From positions 35,220 through 99,219 of IMG/VR virus record IMGVR_UViG_3300027749_000063: a DNA stretch of 64,000 bases; one strand, given 5' to 3'. Made by a program: the position numbers and the translations under genes. Positions 8,501 through 16,665 of this stretch are shown here, piece after piece. Source of the DNA: a virus. The number at the start of each line of letters is the position of its first letter. The stretch's first letter is position 1. The notes beneath the pieces were generated by a model. It searched no databases. It was not told where the DNA came from and was given only the letters and a program-made list of their open reading frames with translations.

Positions 8501-10585
8501 CTTAGTCTAGGAGGTACTGCAAAGATTCTTAAGAAGTATTATCCTGCTTTTGGTGGAGATACTTATATTAATAAGTTTGCTCTTAAACGTAAACACTCTT
8601 TTTTTACTCGTAATTTAGCTAATCTTCCTGCTAAAGTAAATAACGTTCCTTTTGATTATTGGTTGTTTCCTAACTTAGGATATCCTACTTACTACATAGG
8701 AGAGTCTCCAGAAGAACTGGATGCTGCTATTATCTCAAGTGCAGTAACAGGAATTGGAGCAGCAGCAGCTACCGCAATAGCTGCCGCACTTACAGGAGCA
8801 GCTAGTGGAATTGCTCTTAATGCTATTATTTCTGGAGCACTTGGTACTATTTATAGCTTGTTTGTAAAGAAAAATAACTTAGATGCAGATCCTCAAGAGT
8901 TCTTCTATCAGAAAGGATTCTTCTACACAGCATCTTATGGTATTCCAGTATTCTACGTAGAGTCTGACATTAACGTAGACTTACGTCATGGAAGAAATGA
9001 CCTAGAAGAAAACTTCTACCCTAATGTAGGAGATGGTATTCCTGACGATTGGTTGCATGAAGTAAACGTACCTATTAAGTTTGATAACTTCTACAGCTAC
9101 AACGCTACTTACTCTGCACAGAACTTAAGTCCTAACTTCCCTTATAGATTAAAGTATCCTTCTTTAGAGTGTCTTACTTATCATCAGAATAGAGTTATCT
9201 ATTCTGATCCTGCAAATGCTTCTAACTATCTTTCAGATGCTTGGAGAGTATTCCGTTCTGGTAATTTTTATGATTTTCCTAAGCAAGGAGGTCGCTTAAT
9301 AGATTTGAATGCAGGAGAGAACGAAAGAGTATATGCTAGGTTTGAAAATACAACTAAAGTATACAACTCTCGTATTACACTAAGCACTACTTCGCCTTAT
9401 CAGTTAGAGATTGGTAATGCAGAAATGTTTAAACAAAAACCTGTAGAACTTTCTAAGACAGACTTAGGTTATATAGGAACTCAACACAAAGCTTATGTTA
9501 AGTGTGAGTATGGAACATTCTGGGTAGATGCTAAGCGTGGTCACATCTATCAAATTACAGGAGATGGATTTAACGAGATTAAAACAGAGAATAACTTTAA
9601 CTGGTTTAAAAATAATTTACCTTTTAATATCCTTAAGAACTTTCCTGATGCAGACATAGATAATCCACAGTCAGGATTAGGTATTGTAATGGGATGGGAT
9701 GAAAGATACGAAAGAGTATTTATTACTAAGTTAGATTATTTAGTACGGAAAGATCTAGTAGGTATTATAACTTACGAAGATAGAAAGTTTTACTACCAAG
9801 AAATAAACTTAAGGATAGAAGTCCAGTTAACAGATCCTACTTACTTTGAGAATAAGTCTTGGACAGTTGCCTACTCTCCTAAACTTAAAAACTTTATTTC
9901 ATTCTATTCTTTCCTTCCTAACTTCTTTGTTCCTTTGTTAGGTCATTTCCAAACTATTATCAACACAGGAACAGGTTCAAGTCTTTGGAACCATAACCTT
10001 TCTGTTTATACTTATCAGACTTATTACGGAATCTTGTACCCTTATATTCTAGAGTATTGTGTAAACTCTTTTCCAGTAGCTTCATCTATTAACTCAGTAA
10101 CTATCTTAGAAGATATCCAAGAGTACTATTCAGACTATGAGTACTATTCTTTAGGAACCACAAATAATACTAACTTAGCAAACTTTACTAAGGCTATTAT
10201 TTATAATAAAGAACAGTCTTCTGGAGTTATTAAGTTGATTCCTGAGATCTTTGGTAACACAAGACAAAAGATAACCTATCCTAGAATGACAGCAACAGGC
10301 ATAGAAGCGCTTATCTCTCGTAGAGAACACGTGAGTACCTTCAATGGATTTTGGAACGTTGCAGCGCAAGGAAATGGACAACCTTTATGGTCTACTCAGT
10401 GGAGTGACTTAGTAACTCAATATCCAATTGATAAAGTTCCTAATACAAAGAGTGTAAGACCTGTGTCTGTATCTTACCAGAAGAGTAAAATTAAATCAGA
10501 CTTTGCTAGAATTAGACTAATACAAGATGCTTACTCTAGATTTAAGTTTATCAATACAATCCAAATAACACAAACCAATCCATAA
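5579..10585 (+). CDS. Tail stabilisation (muzzle/nozzle) protein
   Basis: 1668 aa; GLNLD...ALNA N-terminus, RDEVYPFGI, FHSPD, FGGDTYI and SFYSFLP motifs typical of crAss-like stabilisation proteins. Confidence 0.75.
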   Translation: MENKINQNIAGLNLDSVNYQIKENMITFALNANVQSHDGNSTTYTNEPSNQICYNFINLYPGFKITGTLSITEQSKLVVFLAHPDGRSLIGVVTDLRKDCTSLVESETDCGCVSGTALSSTVDLAEGCCTFTPLVVDNCCDCSDCYEYSVESISKSPYIVNYIDCSGLETNITFPAGQVGVFRARKDKYTLTSDTSIVSERFISQGICVPKSSKCCLGLSPDYPVYSEYRIDNCNTKIYFIAKNITPRFFSLEEPYGKDQCGILSDCLSDSCERLKLFPDFCQADIYPTSINSGGSLKGGVYSFSIAYADEKGKELTDYVDFCNPIPIFERYITEQTEYVTSKSIRVAIEHSTAIFNYFNLVVAENINEVTTYQLVGTYRVNQTTNKDSLIYTGEYTSTFSSIVPLIRTPHYTSAGIIDKQTDMLMLADLTETPKYNFQLLANNIKLRWETVEMPADQKFDYSNPEIAYFFRTYQRDEVYPFGIKFRLKNGKYTDVFHIPGRVASGSDTATLSKGSSLDVFTVANDCTVEKDLPTWKVYNTATAGLTPPSNEPSIQEAQYSCKITVKDSGEFAYWESTETYPCYTEVWGALAEQPIRFHKFPENAISHIHADSKDLIYPIGVRILESLFEADLNTFTVYDPLNTYGNNQIPVKELICGYELVRGNRVNNKSVIAKGLIYDVGTFEDVKSGKKFYYPNYPYNDIREDGYIKSNPDWYNAADRGEKNNSIPGMSLHKGFNTIGSRYTFHSPDTHFQLPKIGTELKIETLEFGKVQGKFVPVLDHPQYKFLTKADYALSAVLSNALSLAFESKATVADAGSIIKTDALSILTNNQIFIDLIERLIPNTNFAYQFNSVGKYTSFRPITTRGNRRRFLDIGLYANDKIVELNDDKPLHNRLRETSVYLKTSAGFSQEFTSIQDNTRYTIGEKGLEDNPEKVTESDTRAYYASIKREFPNQYGQIENIRYISTGYICDVTLSLGGTAKILKKYYPAFGGDTYINKFALKRKHSFFTRNLANLPAKVNNVPFDYWLFPNLGYPTYYIGESPEELDAAIISSAVTGIGAAAATAIAAALTGAASGIALNAIISGALGTIYSLFVKKNNLDADPQEFFYQKGFFYTASYGIPVFYVESDINVDLRHGRNDLEENFYPNVGDGIPDDWLHEVNVPIKFDNFYSYNATYSAQNLSPNFPYRLKYPSLECLTYHQNRVIYSDPANASNYLSDAWRVFRSGNFYDFPKQGGRLIDLNAGENERVYARFENTTKVYNSRITLSTTSPYQLEIGNAEMFKQKPVELSKTDLGYIGTQHKAYVKCEYGTFWVDAKRGHIYQITGDGFNEIKTENNFNWFKNNLPFNILKNFPDADIDNPQSGLGIVMGWDERYERVFITKLDYLVRKDLVGIITYEDRKFYYQEINLRIEVQLTDPTYFENKSWTVAYSPKLKNFISFYSFLPNFFVPLLGHFQTIINTGTGSSLWNHNLSVYTYQTYYGILYPYILEYCVNSFPVASSINSVTILEDIQEYYSDYEYYSLGTTNNTNLANFTKAIIYNKEQSSGVIKLIPEIFGNTRQKITYPRMTATGIEALISRREHVSTFNGFWNVAAQGNGQPLWSTQWSDLVTQYPIDKVPNTKSVRPVSVSYQKSKIKSDFARIRLIQDAYSRFKFINTIQITQTNP

Positions 10586-10588
10586 CCT

Positions 10589-10984
10589 ATGAGCTCCTTT
10601 AACATGAAAGAAAAAGAATTATTCACAACAATTAAGCCTGAGATCTTTATCGGCCAATTGTTCCAGTCACGTGATATGATGCACTTGACTCACCTTCAAA
10701 CTGTAAACTATGCAGAACACAAAGCATTAAACGCTTACTATGATGGTATCCTTGATCTTACTGACTCTCTTACCGAAACTTACTTTGGTACAATCGGAAA
10801 ACGTCTTAACATCAAGATCCCTGCATCAGAGTACATGAACTCTAGAACCCACTTAACTTACTTGAAAGATTATATTTTCAAGCACAGAGGAGTATTGGGT
10901 ATGGAGAACACTCACATTCAAAACATTATTGATGAGATCCTTGGTCTTATTACTGAGACTCTTTACTTGTTGACACTATCTTAA
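10589..10984 (+). CDS. Ferritin/Dps-like four-helix protein (DUF5856-like)
   Basis: HLTHLQT..YAEHKAL..YYD.I.DL.D.L.E and QNIIDEI motifs. Confidence 0.7.
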   Translation: MSSFNMKEKELFTTIKPEIFIGQLFQSRDMMHLTHLQTVNYAEHKALNAYYDGILDLTDSLTETYFGTIGKRLNIKIPASEYMNSRTHLTYLKDYIFKHRGVLGMENTHIQNIIDEILGLITETLYLLTLS

Positions 10985-10995
10985 AATAAAAATAT

Positions 10996-11379
10996 ATGAA
11001 TCGTTTAAAAGAAGCTTACGCTGGCTGCATGAATTGCGGAGGTAAGGTAAAAATGAAATCTGGAGGTAAATGGATCCAGTCTGCAATTAAAAATCCAGGA
11101 TCTTTTACAAAGCAAGCACAAGCTGCAGGTATGTCTGTTACAGGATTCCGTAATAAAGTACTTAGCAATAAAGGTGCTTACTCTTCTACTACTGTTAAGA
11201 GAGCTAACTTAGCTAAGACTCTTTCTAAGATGCGTAAAGGAGCAGCAGGTATGTCTGTATCTGAGTATGGAGGCATGGAAAAATATGCTTCTAAAAGTGC
11301 TATGAAAAAACACGAGTCAAAGGAAAGTAAAAAAACGGAGGCTAAAGAAGAATCTAAATTTATTAAAAGAAGAAAGTAA
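10996..11379 (+). CDS. Small basic protein, putative internal virion protein
   Basis: Lys-rich; WIQSAIKNPGSF...KRANLAKTL motif; RLKxAY and xGG motifs. Confidence 0.6.
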   Translation: MNRLKEAYAGCMNCGGKVKMKSGGKWIQSAIKNPGSFTKQAQAAGMSVTGFRNKVLSNKGAYSSTTVKRANLAKTLSKMRKGAAGMSVSEYGGMEKYASKSAMKKHESKESKKTEAKEESKFIKRRK

Positions 11380-11657
11380 TGTTTGTCCCAGGGGTTAACG
11401 GTTCTATAATTGCAAATTCTAATGCACTTACAGGTTCAAGACTTAAGGGTGCGTACAAGAATTCTAAGAAATTTGCTAAAGGAGGTAAAGCCTCTGACGA
11501 TAAACAAATGGTTAATGGAGTAGCAAGTATTCTACGTAGAGTAAAAGATCCTAAGAACAGATTGCAATTAGCTAATCAACTTTCAAAGCAATTCAATAGA
11601 GAAAAAGTAAAGTATGACTTAGCTTCTTTTTTAAATAAATCTAAAGTAAAGAAATGA
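11379..11657 (+). CDS. Small basic protein
   Basis: Start overlaps the previous stop (TAATG); RLKGAY and FAKGG motifs. Confidence 0.6.
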   Translation: MFVPGVNGSIIANSNALTGSRLKGAYKNSKKFAKGGKASDDKQMVNGVASILRRVKDPKNRLQLANQLSKQFNREKVKYDLASFLNKSKVKK

Positions 11658-12226
11658 AACAGATGATAAAACGCAAAGATGGATCTTATTCACAACGAGG
11701 TTTGTATGATAACATCCGTGCAAAGAGAGGTTCTGGAAAGAAGCCTACTCCAGAGATGCTTAAGCAAGAACGTAAGATTAAACGTGAAATGGCTGATGGT
11801 GGTAAGATGCCTACAGCTGTTGCTAAAGCAAGATTCGTAGCAGCTAATAAAGGAAATGTATCTGAAGCTAGACAAGATGCTTCTAAGTACGGATACAAGT
11901 TTATGTCAGGAGGAAGACTTAAGATGGCTTACATGGCTAAAGGAGGAAACATTTCTCACACAACTAAAGGAGCAGGTGCTAACTACCGTCCTACTAAGTC
12001 AGGAGCAGGTATGACTCAAAAAGGAGTTATGGCTTATCGTAGAGCTAACCCTGGATCTAAATTAAGTACAGCAGTAACAGGTAAAGTTAAAGCAGGTAGC
12101 AAAGCAGCTGGTCGTAGAAAATCTTATTGTGCTCGTTCATTAGGACAGTTACGTGGATCTAAACAATCTACACAGAATGATCCTAACAGCAGAATACGTC
12201 AAGCACGTAGACGCTGGAAATGTTAA
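11654..12226 (+). CDS. Basic multi-module protein ending RRKSYCARS...ARRRWKC
   Basis: Very basic; GLYDNIRAKR and RRKSYCAR modules separated by MADGG/MSGG/MAKGG. Confidence 0.6.
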   Translation: MKQMIKRKDGSYSQRGLYDNIRAKRGSGKKPTPEMLKQERKIKREMADGGKMPTAVAKARFVAANKGNVSEARQDASKYGYKFMSGGRLKMAYMAKGGNISHTTKGAGANYRPTKSGAGMTQKGVMAYRRANPGSKLSTAVTGKVKAGSKAAGRRKSYCARSLGQLRGSKQSTQNDPNSRIRQARRRWKC

Positions 12227-12251
12227 ACTAAAATAAACTAAAACTAAATAC

Positions 12252-12404
12252 ATGGCAGCTAAAGCATCTAAATCAAATACATCTTCATCTTCAAAGTTTA
12301 CAGTTAAACCTAAAGTAAAAAGAAAGGGAGTTGTAGCAAAGACTAAGGCATCTAGGTCAAAGTCTAGCAAAAATTACATCAAGCGAAGTAAGGGTCAGGG
12401 TTAA
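12252..12404 (+). CDS. 50-aa Lys/Ser-rich basic peptide (absent from the ORF track)
   Basis: ATG 12252 to TAA 12404: MAAKASKSNTSSSSKFTVKPKVKRKGVVAKTKASRSKSSKNYIKRSKGQG; A-rich leader; terminator follows. Confidence 0.75.
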   Translation: MAAKASKSNTSSSSKFTVKPKVKRKGVVAKTKASRSKSSKNYIKRSKGQG

Positions 12405-12425
12405 GAAATCAACCCTTGCTTTTTT
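12388..12425 (+). terminator. Probable intrinsic terminator
   Basis: GTAAGGGT...ACCCTTGC stem followed by T6; overlaps the -33 box of the next promoter. Confidence 0.55.
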
Positions 12426-12445
12426 ATATTAATCTTGTATATTTG
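12416..12445 (+). promoter_or_regulatory. Bacteroidota-type promoter
   Basis: TTG-19 nt-TATATTTG upstream of 12509. Confidence 0.8.
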
Positions 12446-12508
12446 TATAACTAGCTTAAACTCAAGCAGTTATTAACCTTCTATGTTAATAACATAAATA
12501 ATTAAAAC

Positions 12509-14923
12509 ATGTTAAGAAATCGTTTATTCAAGAAATTTGGCAATGGTGGGGTAGACGATATCCCTAAAAAAGGTATTAGTACTTCTACTGCTACTCCTAC
12601 TTCTCCTCAACCTGAAAAGATTACTAATGAAGGAGGACTTAACATTCCTACAGCAGAAGAACTTAATTCGATATTACAAAAGAATATTGCTCAACCTAAC
12701 TCTGATGTATTTGGAAAGCCCTTTGCTCCTAAGGGCAGTTATAGGAGTTCTTTAATGCCTGAGGGTACAATTACCTCAGAAGGAACTACTTATGAGCCTG
12801 GAACATTTAACGATGCTTCTAAGACTCTTAATTTTCTTTATAGTAATACAGGTACTAAAGCAAATGAAGGTCAACCTAAGCCTGAAGACAATCAAGACAA
12901 CCAAACAAGAGATGCAGTTTCTTTAGGACTTCTAGGATTAGATGCAGGACTTGCATACAATCAAGACCTAAAGAATGAACGTACTCTTAACGAATCAATT
13001 CAACAACGAAAGTCAAAGCCTCTTTATGATTATAACTATATGTATGGTCGTACATCAAGTGGAGGTACAGAATATCAACCTACAATTAAAGCAGAAATGG
13101 GTGCACAAATAAAAAAACGTTATGCTTCTAATGGAGCAAATGATGTAGAAATTGAAGGTGGAGAATTTATCCAACTTCCAAACTTTGAAACAGAAATGGC
13201 TACAGGCCCTTCTCACTCTAATGGGGGGATACCTACAAACCTTCCTGACCAAACTAAAGTATACTCTAACAATCTAAAGCCAGAAGGTTCTAAAAAGACC
13301 TTTGCTCAGATTGCTAAGAAGTACGATACTACTTCTTACAAGAAGACAATAGATAATCCTTTTGCTAAGCAGGTAGACAAAGACACTGCTAGCATTATGA
13401 TGCAACGTAATCAAAAAATCCTTGATGATTTATTTAATGATCAACAGGCTCTTAATGGAAATTCTAACGGAGAGGTGGAAGCAAAGAATGGAGCAAGCAT
13501 TAACAATGCAGGCTTCAGAGCACTTCCCCAAAATGTGCAAGATAAAATACTTGCAGAAATGCAGTATGGAGGATATGCTAAAAGAGAAGCTGCATCATTA
13601 GAGATGCAAGATGGAGGTACTGATATAAATGATATAACTAATCCTTACGAAAAAGGAAACTTTCCTCCTAAGTCAACATATCCTTATGACCCAAAGAAGG
13701 CTGGTATGCCTGCATACACAGCAGACGAAACTACATTTTTAACAGGTATGGATTCTAGGTTGGCTCCTAGTCAAGAGATGGTTCCTGGAATACAACCAGG
13801 ATCTGCTAGTGGTGTTTATGGAGATCAAGATAATATGGCTACGTTTAATAAGAACTATGATTGGTATCTTAAAGATCTAGCTGCTAAAGGAGAGACTTAC
13901 GATCCTAAAAGAAAAGGAGATTCTTACAAAGCACAGGTTGCTTTTAATGAGGAGGCTTACAATAGATTTAGAAAACAAGGCTTAGGAGAAGAAGATGCAC
14001 GTAAAAGAGTAAACGAGATTGGCTTTGATGTTAAGACAGGATTACAAAACTCGTTAGATGACAAGTTAGGAAAGTATACAGCAACACGTATACTACCTGA
14101 TGGAACTCCTGTTACTCCTGTTACTCCAATAGGTACTTCAGGTATACCTCCAGGTACAACTCCAGAGAAAGGTAAAAGTACGACTCCTAATACAGAACCT
14201 AATAAAGAACCTATAAAAGATCCTGTTACAGGTAGAACTTTTACAGGAGTAGGAGAACCTAATAAAGGAAAGTATATTCCAGGACAGTTTCCTTTGTATC
14301 AAGCTATTCCAGAAGCTATGGGACTTGCTCAATCACAAGAAATTTATCCTTATGCTATTCCTGAGATAGATGCGCCTTATCTTCGCCCTCAGACTTTAAA
14401 CATTCAAAGTCAGTTACAAGATATAGATAGTATGGCAACAGCAAGTCAAAGAGCAGGAGGAGATCCCCTAACTACTTACATAGCAGGACTAGATGCTAAG
14501 CAAAGAGCATTTGGAGCTAAGCAAAACTATGATGCAAATGCACGTGCTGCTGCAGATCAAGCTAATGCTTCTATGCAGTTTAATGCTGACCGAGTTAACA
14601 TGAATGCTTTTGATCAAGTTTATAATACTCAAATAGCTAATGCAAGAGATGCTCAGTCTTACGAAAAGAATAAACAAGTCAATAGTTTAGTTAATAAGAA
14701 AGCTCAGTTTACTCAAGAAGAAAATAAAAAATCTGCTTACATTAACAACTTAATTGAGAACTATGATGTTGATTCTAAAGGTAACTTTACTTTGAAGCCA
14801 GGTAAGAATCCAATTATAAACAATACACCTAGTAAAAACGTAGATGCTTCTACTACAGCTATTCCTCCAACCAAAGCTAAGACTAAAGGTAAGAACGGAA
14901 TGTATAAAAAATCTAAATATTAA
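12509..14923 (+). CDS. Internal virion cargo protein (crAss-like)
   Basis: VEIEGGE...GPSHSNGGIP motif seen in crAss-like cargo proteins; low complexity; no Cys; several xGG motifs. Confidence 0.6.
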   Translation: MLRNRLFKKFGNGGVDDIPKKGISTSTATPTSPQPEKITNEGGLNIPTAEELNSILQKNIAQPNSDVFGKPFAPKGSYRSSLMPEGTITSEGTTYEPGTFNDASKTLNFLYSNTGTKANEGQPKPEDNQDNQTRDAVSLGLLGLDAGLAYNQDLKNERTLNESIQQRKSKPLYDYNYMYGRTSSGGTEYQPTIKAEMGAQIKKRYASNGANDVEIEGGEFIQLPNFETEMATGPSHSNGGIPTNLPDQTKVYSNNLKPEGSKKTFAQIAKKYDTTSYKKTIDNPFAKQVDKDTASIMMQRNQKILDDLFNDQQALNGNSNGEVEAKNGASINNAGFRALPQNVQDKILAEMQYGGYAKREAASLEMQDGGTDINDITNPYEKGNFPPKSTYPYDPKKAGMPAYTADETTFLTGMDSRLAPSQEMVPGIQPGSASGVYGDQDNMATFNKNYDWYLKDLAAKGETYDPKRKGDSYKAQVAFNEEAYNRFRKQGLGEEDARKRVNEIGFDVKTGLQNSLDDKLGKYTATRILPDGTPVTPVTPIGTSGIPPGTTPEKGKSTTPNTEPNKEPIKDPVTGRTFTGVGEPNKGKYIPGQFPLYQAIPEAMGLAQSQEIYPYAIPEIDAPYLRPQTLNIQSQLQDIDSMATASQRAGGDPLTTYIAGLDAKQRAFGAKQNYDANARAAADQANASMQFNADRVNMNAFDQVYNTQIANARDAQSYEKNKQVNSLVNKKAQFTQEENKKSAYINNLIENYDVDSKGNFTLKPGKNPIINNTPSKNVDASTTAIPPTKAKTKGKNGMYKKSKY

Positions 14924-14926
14924 ACC

Positions 14927-16663
14927 ATGCCAATTTCAGCTAACCATAATAGATTTGCAGACTCCCAGTACATATCTGCTTTACCTGCAGATGATCTTAT
15001 TAACCTAGCAGTTAAGAAGCAAGAAATGTACACTGAGGGACTTACTAAAGTTCAACAGAGTGTAGACGCTTACGGACAACTTAGAAACAATATCAAGACT
15101 GATGTAGAACGTGAGTACTTTGATAAGACAATGGACAATCTAGTAAAGACTATTAACAGTAGTGCTGGATTAGACTTTTCTATGAAGGGTAATGTACAAG
15201 CAGTCCTAAACATAGGTAAGCCTTTAGAAAGAGATCAGTACATTACTACTGCTATTTCTAACGGGAATGAAATTACTCGTAGACAGGAAACTTTAGGTAA
15301 ACTTAAATCCGATGAAAGAAGTGCTGCTAATGATGCTGATTACTTTGAGGATGTACAAGACTACATGAAGAGTGGTAAACTAGGATACAAACTAGGAAGT
15401 AAAGAATATACTCCTTACATTGATATCTCAAAAGAAATCAATGAGCGTATGAAGGGGGCTAAAGAAAATGGTACAGTAGATATTATGATGGATGGCAAGT
15501 ACATCAAAACAGAATCTACAAAAGGTTTAACTGATCTTCAAGTTGGTGCTAAAATTAGAGCAGGACTAGGAGCTAAGGAAAATAATCAACTTCGTATAGA
15601 TGCAATGTATGACCTCAAACAAAGGGGAGTAGAACAGGGCCATGCTGAAGTAGTTGGTTATTATACTAATCTTAAACAAACAAGTGAGGCTATCCTACTT
15701 CAAAGTCAAAATCAGTTAAAAGCAGCACAAGACGCTTACGCTAAAACTCCTACAGAAAGTGCAAGACTAGACCTTGAAGCTGTTAGAGGACCGTTAGAAG
15801 AAGCAAGAGTTCAAGTAGAAGTTGCTAATAAGAATTTAACTACAGTATCTGATCCAGCTAACTTTAACCCTAATCAATATGTTAGTTTGTTTACTGATAA
15901 ATTTATTGCTAATCAAGCTAATGCCTATGCTTATAAACAAGTAGAAACAAAGATTCAAGCAGATCCTTATGGAGTACAAGCATCAGCTTCTAACAATGCA
16001 ATGAAGTTGGCTTCATACAATAGTCAATTACGTAGAGAAGAGTTTCAAGTAAAGTCAGATATCGTAGGAACTAAGTTACCTACTGATGCTCGTGTGCTTT
16101 CTGGAAATGATAATCTTCAGTTAAACTTTAAACCTACTCAAGGTTTAAATGATTTAGCAAACTATTACAAAGAGACTGGTATTACTATTGACGGAAAAGA
16201 TAATGCAAGTACAGTAGGAAAAGAAGTTAGAGAAGCTAACTCTGCTTTTACTAGTGCGGATATAAAAACTCCTGAAGGACAAAAAGCAATACAAGATGCA
16301 GTTAATAAACTTAATACTTCTTATAAGATTACTGGTGATACAAACTTAAGAGACGTAGCTGCTAAGGCTGCTTCTGTATTACAGGCTTATAAAACATATC
16401 AAACTAAAACAACAGGAGAAAAAAGTGTAACTAAGGATGGAGAGTTTGTAGAAGTCAACACAGGAAAACGTTCTATGCCTGCAGATGAATTCTTTAATCA
16501 ACCATTTAATAGTCTGTTAGAAACATCTCAGACACAAGTGTATAGTCGCCCAAGGAGAAGTATGAATCAATTAGAACAGATGATGCAAATGAAAATGTTA
16601 GATTCTGATAATAGTTCTACTACTACTACTACTCCAACTGATAACACTGATAATCCTGGTTAA
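14927..16663 (+). CDS. Internal virion/ejection protein, coiled-coil
   Basis: Helical, Cys-free, immediately upstream of the giant RNAP cassette. Confidence 0.5.
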   Translation: MPISANHNRFADSQYISALPADDLINLAVKKQEMYTEGLTKVQQSVDAYGQLRNNIKTDVEREYFDKTMDNLVKTINSSAGLDFSMKGNVQAVLNIGKPLERDQYITTAISNGNEITRRQETLGKLKSDERSAANDADYFEDVQDYMKSGKLGYKLGSKEYTPYIDISKEINERMKGAKENGTVDIMMDGKYIKTESTKGLTDLQVGAKIRAGLGAKENNQLRIDAMYDLKQRGVEQGHAEVVGYYTNLKQTSEAILLQSQNQLKAAQDAYAKTPTESARLDLEAVRGPLEEARVQVEVANKNLTTVSDPANFNPNQYVSLFTDKFIANQANAYAYKQVETKIQADPYGVQASASNNAMKLASYNSQLRREEFQVKSDIVGTKLPTDARVLSGNDNLQLNFKPTQGLNDLANYYKETGITIDGKDNASTVGKEVREANSAFTSADIKTPEGQKAIQDAVNKLNTSYKITGDTNLRDVAAKAASVLQAYKTYQTKTTGEKSVTKDGEFVEVNTGKRSMPADEFFNQPFNSLLETSQTQVYSRPRRSMNQLEQMMQMKMLDSDNSSTTTTTPTDNTDNPG

Positions 16664-16665
16664 TA

